Positions 51,718 to 64,000 of a stretch of 64,000 bases of DNA are shown piece by piece. The position numbers and the translations under genes are program-made. The notes under the pieces were generated by a model that was not told where the DNA came from, searched no databases, and saw only the letters and a program-made list of their open reading frames with translations. The stretch is taken from NCBI RefSeq assembly GCF_037042905.1, contig NC_087252.1, forward strand, positions 2,420,001 to 2,484,000, in the 5' to 3' direction. The DNA comes from Lytechinus pictus (lineage: Eukaryota). Within the stretch, counting starts at the first letter, position 1; each line of letters opens with the position of its first letter.

Positions 51718-54713
51718 CATTTATCTGTACGATGATGATGAATCTTTCACTAGATTTAAGGACATGTGTGCAAGTTGCGTCCCTTTTGTGATGTCACTCA
51801 CTCGCGTCAATCCTGAGTCATTGGTTGATCAATGTGTATCCATCAACCCGCACAAATCACTGAGTTTATTTGTAGAAGAATTACAAATTTTATTTGAACA
51901 TTGAAGTTTTTATCTTTTTGTTCTACTGATTAATCGTCCGTGATCATCTCAGCGTCAAGGATTCGTTGTTAAGTTTTCAATTTTTTTTAACTTTTATATT
52001 TTCACTCTCTTATTGCGTATCCTGTAAAAATAAAATTGCATTCTTAGAACTACCGATCAATGAGATAAACACGGTAAAGCATATACCTCTCATGAAAATG
52101 AACGTTTTTGGCGCATGTAATATAAAACTCACGACTTGCTCGACTCTCCCTTCATTTTACCACTGGAACTTAGACCATGGTCTAACTCTGTGCTAAAATT
52201 ATAGAAAGCCAAAAATGTCAAAGTTTGTACACTTAATATGTTTCTTATGTTTTCCTAATTCTCGGATGGTAAAGACAGCTATTTTTGGACTCTTCCCAGA
52301 CAGTTCAACATGCTTTGAGAGCCAATGAAACCCACACCTTAAACCTCTCCCGTGAGAGAGAACGGGTTTCAATTAAACTCTATCCAAACTTTGTGATTAA
52401 GCAATGGATATCCTATTAATCTACATCCGTGCATATTAATTTTACAAAATCTTTATTAAACGCGACCCCGCTTGTATAATCAAATGGCGTACGTGTAATT
52501 TTGTAGAGGAAGACGCACTGTATTTTTTGTTATTTTTTTTTTTTGTATGCAGAACCCGTTAGAAGTCGCTTTGTAAATGATAGTTTCTCCATTTCATCAT
52601 TAATACCACTCACTTACCAATCTTTTTTACCATTGGTATGTTAGTCAATACCTGATAAATAAAATAGTTTTATGCGTATTGGAATGAAATAGTATAGTGG
52701 TTCTGAAATCTGACTCGGAAGCAGGTTACGTCGTGTGTCAATTTTCGTCCATAGTAATTATGTCAGTGCTATTAAATCGTTGATTTAGCAACCACAAAAT
52801 AGCAAAATTGTAAAGATGGCTTAAAAATTTGTCAAATTAGCAGCAAATCCTTCAGATTAGAGGTCCGTAATAATATAAACGTTACATGGCATGTTAAGCG
52901 AACCAAGTGCAAGTTCTCAACAACAAGAGACGCTGCCTCAAGAGACGATTATCTTCTTTTTTTTTTTGCTTTTTTTTCAGTCGTATGAAATGTTAGTGTA
53001 AGTTAGCATTGATAGATAAAAGGGGACGTCAGTCTTTCCTTGACTTGCACATGCACACTGCCAAGCTCCGCCTATTATTTGTTACATCATCATTGACATT
53101 GCTCTGGCGCCTAGCTTTATCTCAAAATCTCATACGATTGATAAATATTTACTATGACCAAGGTCTGTCCGGAACTTTCATATTTACCTTAAAATTCGAG
53201 ACAATGACCATCATTGCGCAATACAGGTCAATATCTTGAATTTTGAGGAAAAAAGCAAAATAATCGACCATCCAAGGACATGTTCAGCAGGCGTTTAGTG
53301 GCTATTTTTTTTCAGAGGCTGAACGATTGTATGTGGGCGTCTGCATTAAAACCACACCAGGTTCTCTCGTGGCAGTGAGTTGAAATCACTATAAATTACT
53401 ATTGATTAATTTTCCATAATCAACATTGAGAATGATCTAGAGAATTTCTGTGTGTCTGTTAAGTGTCACGTAATATTATTGGAGAAATGGGTGTTTCGTG
53501 TTGCGCTAAAAATTATCATGTTGAAAACGTATATTTGGTTTTTACAGCCCTGATATTAAAATTGTCATTAAAAACAAACGGAAAATGTCTGTACTCAATA
53601 AGGAATCGTAGGTAAAATGTTTGTGTAGCGATAGATGCTTGCACATTCTCTATTTGGGGGGTTGGGGGCAATTTAGACCCCAAAATGCTCAAAAGGGCCC
53701 TAAAAACTAATTAAAAAACAGGAGCCCTGGAAATCCCCATTCATTGCAATGTTAAGCTTATCTGGGCTCCGTAACACAAATGTTTGCGATGAATAGCAAA
53801 CATGACAAAACACTTCTGATTGGGTCCTAGTTAGTATTTTGCGCCAAATGCGTGTGTAACATTGATCTTGATTGGTCAGTTCATTCAGAGATTGATCACT
53901 AATCTTTGTGTAACAGATTTAGGCAGTTGGTGGCGAGAAGCAGCCCCCCCCCCCCGAAAATGAAAAAAAAATCCCAAGTCTCCAAAGAAACAACTGAGAA
54001 GAAACAAGAGAGTGTATTTACTACGTGAAAATTGTCGTAGAATTGTTGTATTCATTCAGCTTTTCAGTGATATTGATTAGTGTTACGAAAATTAGTGTGG
54101 CTAGAATGAGCCCCAGCTATCCATACTACACTTACTATTGTGGAATATCGATATTTAGTTACCTTTGGTGTAGATTAGCTCTATTTACCTTATCAGGATA
54201 CTTCCAATCCAGAATTCCCTTCAATCAATATATTAACTTGTCAACACGATTAATGATATCGCAAACAAAATCACAACTTTTTAATAATTTTCTAGAATTT
54301 AAAAACGAAAAAAAAGATCTGTATAAAGGGATAGTGATAAGTTTGAATAAGAGTGATACTAACTGTATACAAATTTTCAGTGATTGCACAACAATGTATA
54401 TTTCTATAAAATCATTCATTACTTGTTGTATATAACAATTCAGATACATGTACAAAATATATATTATATTTAAATTCATTACATGAAAATGATATTTGTA
54501 TAAGGAAATTTGTACATTCAAATGTGGAATATATACGATCGTAAGTGTTTTTGTCAATATTTCTTCTGTAATAAACTTCATCATGTATCGCTATTAAGTG
54601 GAGTATGACTTCTCATTGTTTGTATCGTATGTTACAGCCATACCAACGAAACCAACTCCAGATCGATCAAAGTTGTTACATTATTTCTGTTCCGTTGGTG
54701 TAACCGTAGAATC

Positions 54714-54865
54714 AGTCACATTTTTCCTATACGGCGGTCGTACTGCGAGTCGAAAACAGCCGTTTTAACAATTGTTGTACCAAATTCATATAGGTTGTTT
54801 GAATAAAAACGAATAAAACCGCTGTTTTCGATCCGCCGTACTGCCGCCGTAGGGGAAATGTGATT
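54714..54865. mobile_element. Hairpin MITE (GTCACATTT..TACGGCGG..CGAGTCGAAAACAG family); second copy ~59325-59480
   Basis: About 50-bp TIRs, two similar copies in the same orientation. Confidence 0.8.
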
Positions 54866-55259
54866 TAGGTAAAAACAGCTCACTATTCGAAAGGTGCGTT
54901 ATTCGGAATGGTAGAATACTCCGGAGGTTCTTTATGCCAACGATTTATAATCAAGGAATGATCAATGATAAGAATGACCGGAAATGTTTGTATTAATTCT
55001 TAACATTAAAATAAGGTTCCATATTCTAAACGTTCCTCGCCCATTATCTTGCCGTATAGTTTACAGCCCCCCCCCGAAATCCTTCTCCATGAAATATTAA
55101 TCTTAATCTTTCGTTTTCTTTAGTAAAACATCGAAGTAAGCCTTGCTTTTCCGAAGGTTCGATTGTTACGAATATTTGTAGAGTTCATTATTTTAGTCCG
55201 TGTTTACGTGTGCATTTGTGGATTGATAAGAATATGTCTGCTCTTCATGAATTCCTATA

Positions 55260-55815
55260 AGAACAAGCGTTAGAATACCCCTCTTCAGGTCTAAATTTCA
55301 GAATTTTTCAGCTCGCGCTTCGCGCTCGTAATATTTGGTTAGTGAGATACATATCATGTTCATGATTCCAATGACTAAAAAAGTACTTCATGCGTTTAGG
55401 TGCGATTCTAGCAATATGAGCAATATGGTGGGATTATGAAATATGTACATTTAAAGTCTTCATGAATTCTTTTAAAATATCCCTGTTTGGGGTCAATAAA
55501 TACAGAAATTTCAGATTGCGCTTCGCGCTCGTATTGTTTGTTTAGTGAGACATGTACGTATAATAATTACATAAAATTGCATATATCAACTTTTTAGGTC
55601 TGAATATCAAGAAGTTTCAGCTCGCGCTTCGCGCTCGCATTATTTGATAAATGAGATACTTATCCGTTTAATGGCACAATCTTTAAAATATCTCCATTAG
55701 ATCAGCATACCTGGCAATTGAGCGTGTTTTGCGCGCCAACTAAGTGACTCAAAATTTGTGCTGGTGCCTCCCCCCCCCCCCCCCCCCCATGCCATGATCC
55801 ACGGTAAGCCACTGC
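55260..55815. repeat. Repeat element with internal recurring TTTCAGCTCGCGCTTCGCGCTCG units and a poly-C/GCCACTG end
   Basis: Motif repeated at ~55307, 55510, 55615 and degenerately at 55720. Confidence 0.7.
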
Positions 55816-57634
55816 TGACGGACCTTAATTTTTTTTGTTCGATTGACTGAAGCTCCGAAATAATCGACTATATTTTAATGTCGCATTAACTAACTTTTGG
55901 CAAATTGCCACAAATTTTCGGATTTACACACTCCCCTCCCCCTTTTTCGTACTGAAACGTCTTTGTATATGAAATTGATTTTTATTTTTAGGAATAACTA
56001 TCCTTTCCAGTAATGGACCTTATTTAGTTTTCGTATTCACCAACCTATATGGAATATCGAACCTTATTTCCATATTAGAAATGAAAATAAAGTCCTTCTG
56101 ATCAACGAAATATAAGACTTAAAACCACTCAAAACACATTTACACACTTTCATAATTCAGCTGTGAAAAATCCCATCATTGTGCTGGTGCCAAGAAAATC
56201 AATGAATACATAACCATTTGCTGGAAAGAAAAGAAAACCCAGTTGTGTGTCTCAGCAGTCAGTAGTAGTAGAAAAAAAGAATAGGAAAGGAGGAAGTGTG
56301 AAATATTATTTTCTGAATATTATATCAAGTGTCGAAATTTTTGCTCACCCTCTTCACTCACAAGTTTTTATACATTTTGCCCGATAAGCCTCATCTTAAT
56401 GTTTGGCTCATTATGCCACTGTTCACAGTGTACAGTGTGGAACACAAAGCGAAATTATCTTAGCTCAATTTAAATTTGATTTGAGTTTTTCTTTCTTTTT
56501 AGTATACACACGAAAAATACAGAAATACAAATCAAGAATAAACAAGCAAAAAAATGAACTTACAGTTGTGAATGTGTAATATCGATACGGACTTTTTGGA
56601 TTTAAAAAAAAAAATTAGTCCTCAAAATTATAAATAATGTTTGGCTGGTCACTATACCAATTAATTTCGATTCCTTAAAATTCAGAATGTGTACGAACAC
56701 ACTGTGAAAACTGTGTGAAAAATTCTCCACAGTTTCGAATTTGAGCATAATCCCTTTAAACTTTTATCTCTATCTTCGCCAGTCGGATTTTGGATTTAAA
56801 TTTGGCAGTTAATACTCCGTTCATGTGGTTATTATTGTAACTGTCCTACCTACGTCAATTCAGTTACCTTGTGGATTTATACAACAATGAATTCACAGGA
56901 GGCTATGGCCACCGTGACGAAATAAAGAAGAAGAGAAGCAAATTATCCCGTGACTTTGTTTATTTGCATTTTTGGTAATAAAAGTCTAATTTGACGGATA
57001 TTGATTACGTGCAAGAAATGGAGCGCGCACACCTTTTGTTTTCAAAATGGTCAAATCAAACAGAATTTACAAGCTGTTTGCTCTCATTGGGCGTCTTTAT
57101 TCGGACAATTAATTTTGTTTTTCTTGTTCCATATAAATTATCATTAACCAAACAAACTCACCGCTGCACCTTTTCTTTGTTAAATTAAATGACTAATAGA
57201 AATGGGAATAGTCAAGGTCGTCTCGTCCTTCACATAATTTTTTATTAAATTTTTTGTTGGTTTAAACAAAAAACTTTTTTTTTATAATTTTGAATAGAGT
57301 GCCAGTCTTTGCGATTATAGTCATTGCAAGGTCAAGTTTATTGTCGCCTCCTGTTGTCATAATCTATTACGAATGGAAAAAAAAACAATGTCATCAACAC
57401 TTACAGTTTTGTTAACTAAAAATTGAGGTATTCTCCTGTTATGATAACAATACCACAATAAATCAAATAATAATCTAGTCTCTTCACGCTAACTTTATAT
57501 TAGCCCCCCTCCCCCTGTAAAAAACAATTTCTTCTTTACATAGCGTGGGAAAAATCAGAACAAAGTTGAAATCGATTAAATTCATTTGGGTTCAGCACTT
57601 ATTTGTTCGGTAATTTTCATTGTCTTGTAGAGAG

Positions 57635-57748
57635 TATAAATACTGGCAACATATCTAGAATTGGTCAGATTCATCACTAATTTATTGCGAATTAATTTCT
57701 TCTCCTTTTCTCGGTTGATTCGCTAGAAGTTTAACCTCATCGAGCATC
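57635..57748 (+). promoter_or_regulatory. TATA box (57635-57642) and non-coding exon 1 (~57666-57748) of the small secreted-protein gene
   Basis: TATAAATA, an Inr-like TCAGATT ~30 nt downstream, and donor ATC|GTAAGT at 57748/9. Splicing to 58897 gives GCATC-ATG, with A at -3. Confidence 0.65.
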
Positions 57749-58896
57749 GTAAGTTTTTTTTCTACGTTCGATATATTTTTTTTTACTTTCAGATAGTAAC
57801 TTTTGATTTTTATTTGATATTATTTGATTTGACTGATGACGAAAAGTGTATCTTGCTCAGAACACTGCATCATTTCAGGAATTCAGTCATTGTCTTACAA
57901 TATTGTTATCAATATTCACGTTGCCATGGTTGCTTTAAATATTTCTTACCTTTCTCTTGAGAATAAATCTTGAGAATAAGTTGACACTTTAAAACAGAAA
58001 TTGTTCAATTTTAATGTTCAAGTTCTTTTTGCTTGTTTCTTTTTTTTTTTTTTTGGTGTTGCTTTTTTTTATTGGGATATGCATGCTATTCTCAATAGAG
58101 CCATGTCCTGGACTAATTTGTATTTTAAATAAGTAAATAAATAAATAAAGTCTAAATTTTTATATCGGGATTTTTTTTCATACATTCTGACAGCATTTTA
58201 TTTGAAAATTTAGTTCATCTCATCATTTTGCTGTTCGTGTTGGAATAGTAGGGGGAGGGGGTTCGGGAGCATCACACTAACTTTATTTGCTTAAAATCAA
58301 TCATTGGTCTTCTTTATCATGTTTGTAAAAACAAAATAGATATCTTCTAATGTCAAATAATTACGATCTTATAGTGTCATTCTCACTTTTAAACGCTAGT
58401 TTACCGATTTCTCGAATTGTCAAACTGCTTTTTGATGAAATATTCCTTGTCTAGTATTCATCAGTTCTATGATTTATGATAATAACAGTGTGCATTTCAC
58501 AATTTAAATTGAGACCCTCTGATCTTTAGGATAGTTGTGGGTGGGGTTCGTGTTAAAGGCCAGTTTTGGGGTCCTGGTTACCCCCCCCCCCCCAACCACC
58601 ACCCCCTATTTCCTTTATCTTTATTGGTCTCATTTCCCGTTCCTTCATTTTTTGTATACATGATGCTACTATTTTTTTCTTTTTATGAATCTGTGTATTT
58701 TTATTGTTATATTGTTTTATTGTTTTATTTCTATTGGTAAACAGTCACATATTTCAGTCTTTGGACTGCTTGCGATTGTATATTTTGATATTTTTATAAT
58801 AATAAAATCCAATTATGTATATTTTAATCAGAATCTTTACCTTTAAAAGTATCTGATTCATAGTGCTGTTAATTAATATTTATATTCCCTCAACAG

Positions 58897-61800
58897 ATGA
58901 AGACGTTCCAGCTTTCTGTTATTCTCTTCGTATCCATCTGCCTCCTGATAAGCACAGGACAATCTGAAGCACGCCGTAAGAATTTAATTTTTTATTCACT
59001 TCAAGACAACGATCTTTTGTCACGTTGATTATAATTGTTTTCTTTTTTATGTATATCTTTTTTATTATTATTGTACACCACAATTATATATACAAGGGCG
59101 TAGGCTGGGAGGTGCACCCTACCGCTGTGGCAGAGGTGTTCCGACACTGGCAAGCAAAACTAAATGTGTACCCTTTCTTTTGCTTTCAACAGCTGATTTT
59201 CCAAACTTTAGTTCAAGGATGTGCACCCCCATGCGCAAACACGCCCTTGTAGTTACTGAGCTCTAATCATTTTGCTCGGTCGCAAACTTATTCTCTTTCC
59301 TCGCAGTAGCAACAATTCATACAACGGTCACATTTTTTCTACGGCGGCCATACGGCGAGTCGAAAACAGTCGTTTTAACATTTTTTGTACCAGCTAAATA
59401 TAGGTGGTTTGAATAAAAATGAATAAAACGGTTGTTTTCGACTCGCCGTACGGCCGCCCTAGAGCGAATGTGACCGAGGTATAGTTTGAAGCTTAATTTC
59501 GCGCATGCGTTTTGGGAGGGGAAGGGACATAATCAGTCGGTAGTATCAAGACGTTTTGATCTAGGTCTCAAATCCCTTATCAATTTATCCTGGACACAAC
59601 TCGTATGCAATTGGCTATATTATATGCATTCGAATGCTTTCACTATTTCAAAAGAGACCTTTTTTAGCTACTAATATACTCTATACAAACGTTTACCCGA
59701 TATATGGTAAAATGGAAACATGCATGTTTTCTGGGTAAAGTACCAAATTTACTTTTACGCAATATTGCGTTGAAATGTATCCTCATTAAAACATGCATTT
59801 TGCCAAATATCAGGGGAAAATTACCCAGCAAACGTGCATGTTCCATTTCTTCCCAATACTGTGTAAATGTTTACCTCAATCTTTTTTTTAGAGTGTATGG
59901 CTTGCGTTTACATGGGGGGGGGGGGGGTTAGGGCCAAGCACCTCAAAAACGTTCACTACCAAAAAAAAGAGAAGGAATAAGAAGAAGAAATGAAAGGGAT
60001 GCAATACCATTTTCTAACTATTTTGTGCAAACATATCTCAAAATTAGATTTTCGTAATTAAAACGATCCACATGTTTGCTTGGTCGCTTTGCTCGCTCGC
60101 AGCTATTAAGACATTGTCTGCTATCTCAGAGTCATTACGCTACTGAATGAAATACGGATTTAGTTTTTTATTAGTCGTGTGTTATATCCTCCTCTCGTTT
60201 TAACCACTCGCAATACCCTTTTCCGACGCGATTGCGCGTTTCTAAACAATCGTAATAGTCGACCCCCCCCCAAAAAAAAAAAAGCTTTGAAGTATCAACT
60301 ATACTTGATGATATGGTGAGATATTTTCTCTTGCCATGTCGCTTTTATAGCGTTATACAGTGCGTATCAAAAAAAAACGGGACAGATTTGAAAAGTCTAT
60401 AAAATTTTAGTTTCAAATTATTATGTCTATATTTTGGTGTTAATAGGTGCTCTAAGGTCTTGTCTTTCAAATGTTATTAAAAATTTTTAGTTTTGTTCAT
60501 GCTTGAGCGAACACGGGACGTTTTTGTTGGGGGTTCAAAAAGAGGCTTGCGCCAGAATTGCAGAATATGAGTAATATGATGATCAGACTTCTTGCTAATT
60601 TGCAGACTTCCTCTTAACCTTTTCATTATCTTTGCCATAATTTTCAAATCATGCGGTCAAAATTCATTATCAGATCTATTTATTTGCTTGAATTATTCTG
60701 TTATTTCTTTTTAATATGCTCTCTGTTAGCTTTGAATATTCCTTCTTCAAGCTAAAATTATTTTTTTCAACCTAATTATGGGAGAGCATGGATTTTTAAT
60801 TCAAATCCTTTCATTATGTGCTACAAAGGTTATGGTGCCTTTTGAACAAAGCCACACAGATGGGCGGGCGCTCGGGTTGCCCCCCCCCCCTCAATTCAAA
60901 AAAATCATGACCAAGAAAAAAAAGTGGACAGGAAATAAAAGGAAAGATAGAAAGTAAAATATGATATTATTTTCTAAATATTATGTCAAAATCTATCACA
61001 AAATTTGATATTGTAATTAAAAAAAAGTGGGAATATTTGCGTGCTCACTTCGCTCGCTCACAACTTTTTAATACATTTTACCCGATCTGCCATATCTAGC
61101 TCCTTCAAAATTGACTCAATACACCATTGTCATTGAAAGACATGAATCCCTTCCTGTGTTTCCTGTCAAGCAATTAAACTTGGTCAAGGAATTAATGACC
61201 CATTGAAAAATAGATTCATGTCTTTTAAAGGTACATAACATAATTTATTTCACATAAAAAAACGATTTGAATAATCACAAGTTTTCCTAATTAATAATTC
61301 AAATCTTCTTGCTTGGGTTGACAAAAAAAATCTTCTTTTCTCAGCTACTTATGAAGGAAAATTAAAAGGTAAGAGAAGTTTGAATGAAAAAACAAAATAA
61401 TTCAATTAAATAAATAACTTAGTAAATGAAATTTGACAACATAAATCGAAAATTGTGGCACAGATAATGAAAAGGTCAAGAGGAAGTCTCCTGATTAGCA
61501 AGAAGTCTGATCATTGTATTACACATATTCTGCAATTCTGGCGCAAGCCTCTTTTTGAACCCCCAACAAAAACGTCCCGTGTTCGCTCAAGCATGAATAA
61601 AATTTTTTTTTTTAAATTGCATTTCAAAGATAAGACCTTAGAGCATCTATTAACACCAAAATATAGACAACATTATTTGAAACAATTTTTTTTTAGACTT
61701 TTCAAATCTGTCCCGTTTTTTTTATACGCACTGTAGAGTTGACGAGATGATATCATAAAAAGTCATATGTCGTTTGCCATGGAAAGATGCATGCTCTCTT

Positions 61801-62980
61801 AAAAAAGTAAGGCAAAAAAGTGCAAAATTTGTAACCGTCATTGGGCAACATACTGTTCACACAACTATTGGTTAAAATCTGTCCAAATTGGGTTATAAAA
61901 ACTAATACAATTGGGTAATGAATTTGCTAAGTTGGATAATAAATGCTCAGAGTATATAAATATATATTGTTGGATTAAAGCATGAAAGTTTCAACCTTGT
62001 TTCTCTTAATATTACTCCAACACGTGGAATATCTACCGAATATATATATATACATTATATATTCCCGGCAGAGATATTTTTCGGCATCACCAATTTTTCC
62101 AAAGGGTAGATAGCTCTGGGGAACCTTGATTTAAGCTACGCCTACCATTGTTCTCTTCATCCATTTCTTTACAATATTTAAATAAAAGAGTTGCCAAAGC
62201 TGTTGTACATGTATAACTTCACACACATTGATTTTGTATACTTTCTCCCATACGTGTACTGTATCAAAGGTAGCTCTTTAAAGCTTTCGTATCCCCCAAA
62301 ACTTTTACTCTCCAATTTCCATCAGCAAGAAATTTCTCCATGCTGTGTTTCACTGTACCCTGGTGCGGTAAACGGTTACTTGGTCGCAGTAATTCCTTAA
62401 ATGCACTGAGTGCCGCTAATGGTATCTCGAGCTATAAAAGCCGGGGCAATAATAGTTGCGCCTTGTATTCTTTGTCAAATACCACTATTTCAATCCAGCA
62501 TTTATTATTATTACTATTATTATTATTATTATAATCATTCTTCTTCTTCTTTCTTCTTCTTCCTCTCCTTCTTCTTCTTCTTATTATCATTATTTTATGG
62601 TTATTAATATCATTATTATTATCATTATTATTATTATTATTATTATTATCATTATTATTATTATCATTATTGTTATCATCATCATCATTATTGTTATTAT
62701 TATTATCATCATCATCATTATTCTTACTATTTTTAATTTTTGGAAGTTTTTGGAACAATTTCCTTTGTTTTTATGTTATATGTTATATGTATTTTGATGT
62801 TTTATGTTTGTTTCATCAGGCCATGGTCTGTCTAAGGATAATATGGCAAAAGAGAATTCTCTGCATCCTCGTGAGAAGCGATCTTCATCTTCATCTTCAT
62901 CTTCATCTTCTTCTTCTTCATCATCTTCAGAATCTGATTCTGATTCAGCAGAGGTAACGACCGCCGCTCCCGCTCCTTAG
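58897..62980 (+). CDS. Small secreted Ser/Asp-rich preproprotein, join(58897..58975,62820..62980) = 79 aa: MKTFQLSVILFVSICLLISTGQSEA-RRHGLSKDNMAKENSLHPREKR-SSSSSSSSSSSSSSSSESDSDSAEVTTAAPAP*
   Basis: CAACAG acceptor immediately before the ATG. Classic signal peptide (MK, hydrophobic core, S-E-A cleavage). Donor GCC|GTAAGA is phase 1 and matches acceptor TTTCATCAG at 62819. R-X-K-R furin site directly precedes the poly-Ser. Confidence 0.82.
59092..59251. mobile_element. Small MITE with ACAAGGGCGT/ACGCCCTTGT TIRs (Harbinger-like)
   Basis: Perfect 10-bp terminal inverted repeat. Confidence 0.55.
60358..61733. mobile_element. Non-autonomous Tc1/mariner-like element with ~300-bp TIRs, TA target duplication
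   Basis: TA|CAGTGCGTAT...ATACGCACTG|TA, with long high-identity inverted repeats (e.g. CATGCTTGAGCGAACACGGGACGTTTTTGTTGGGGGTTCAAAAAGAGGCTTGCGCCAGAATTGCAGAATATG). No transposase ORF. Confidence 0.92.
62320..62530 (+). mobile_element. 5'-truncated SURF1-like SINE with (ATT)n tail
   Basis: AATTCCTTAAATGCACTGAGTGCCG...AGCCGGGGCAATAATAG body resembles recalled sea-urchin SINE 3' halves; ends in ATT repeats. Confidence 0.6.
62500..62725. repeat. (ATT)n/(TTC)n/(ATC)n microsatellite
   Basis: Directly visible. Confidence 0.95.
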
Positions 62981-64000
62981 TACTGATGACAGTGCAGACA
63001 GTGATACTAGCGATTAGCCATCATCTTGGTTCAAGGCAACTGCGGTGACTCAATGGATCCTTGAGGAACTCAATCTTAAAAGGCTCTTAACGGCTCATGT
63101 TAACTATATAACATGCCCCTCTCACTTTTAATAGCCCCCCCCCCCTCCCCTCTAAAGTGACACTACTCACGAGACAAAGCTCCTGCATGGATTCACATCC
63201 GGGATAGTTGTTTGATCATGTGGTTCACCCTTTTGACTCTTGGGTCGTATTGACCCGGAACCGGTCCGATGTGACCTCTTCATGGTCAGATCTTACCTTT
63301 TCCATGTCACATAGACAATTTTTCATGTCATTTTCAAGAAAATATTGTTAAAATATCCAAAATAAAAAATTTGTCAACTTCCTAATCCTCTTTTGGAATC
63401 AGACGACTAGTCAGACAATGCTTGCATAAAATTAGCCTTATTCCCCATCATTCATCTTCATAATTATACGCAATGAGTATATTTTTAATTAGTTTCATTT
63501 TGTTAACGAAATATGCCGTATTCATTCTTTTCTTTGGAGGGAGTTAGGGAGGGACTTTCTTTATCTTTCTCTCCCTCTATCTCTCTATTCTCTCTCTCTC
63601 TTTGCTGTTGGTTTTTTTCTTTATCCTGTATTCCAAGACACATATTAAGAACCGTATTAAGATTAAATTGAAGTTCAAACAGTTTGTCGTTTCTGAGAGT
63701 GTTGTTGTTGTGGTTGGATATGTACTTACATTCTTTTATTGTACCATGGATTGATTTATTTTTTCTTTACTGAAAATTTCTCATAGAAAATATCAATAAC
63801 GTATTTGGTATATCTAATACACTGTTTTAAGCACGTTGTTGAAGTCTTTCACTCTAAAAGTTCTTTAAATTTTCAACAAGTTGTTAAACAATGATTTAAA
63901 GTTTTGGCAATTGTTGTCAAAGTGAAGGGATTCATAAGCAACGTGCTTAATATTAAAAGAAAAGCATATAGGTTGTGTTTGCATGATTTAAATGCAAAGT

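Noticed and set aside
58897..62980. Secreted peptide as the ligand of the neighbouring orexin-type receptor
   Set aside because: It lacks the orexin Cys pattern and the C-terminal Gly-Lys/Arg amidation signal; adjacency alone is no evidence.

Overview
AT-rich, repeat-dense animal genomic DNA, inferred to be echinoderm (probably sea urchin) from the early-type histone H4 leader and the repeat families. Nearly all ORFs in the supplied track are noise. Three protein-coding genes can be read from the sequence. (1) The first coding exon of an uncharacterised acidic/charged protein on the minus strand (ATG at 800, running off the left edge). (2) A complete 7-coding-exon orexin/allatotropin-type class A GPCR on the plus strand (39521/39533-51717, 449/445 aa). 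(3) A small three-exon gene absent from the ORF track (TATA 57635, non-coding exon 1, signal-peptide exon 58897-58975, exon 62820-62980). It encodes a 79-aa secreted preproprotein with an REKR convertase site followed by Ser16-ESDSDSAE..., a candidate highly phosphorylated acidic peptide, and a further Ser/Asp tail sits one base out of frame. The window also contains a truncated histone H4 orphon, a SINE with a 7SL/Alu-like head, a solo LTR with a 4-bp TSD inside the receptor gene, tRNA-derived SINEs, many MITEs (Kolobok-, Tc1- and Harbinger-like) and microsatellites. Homology calls come from recalled consensus sequences, not database searches.
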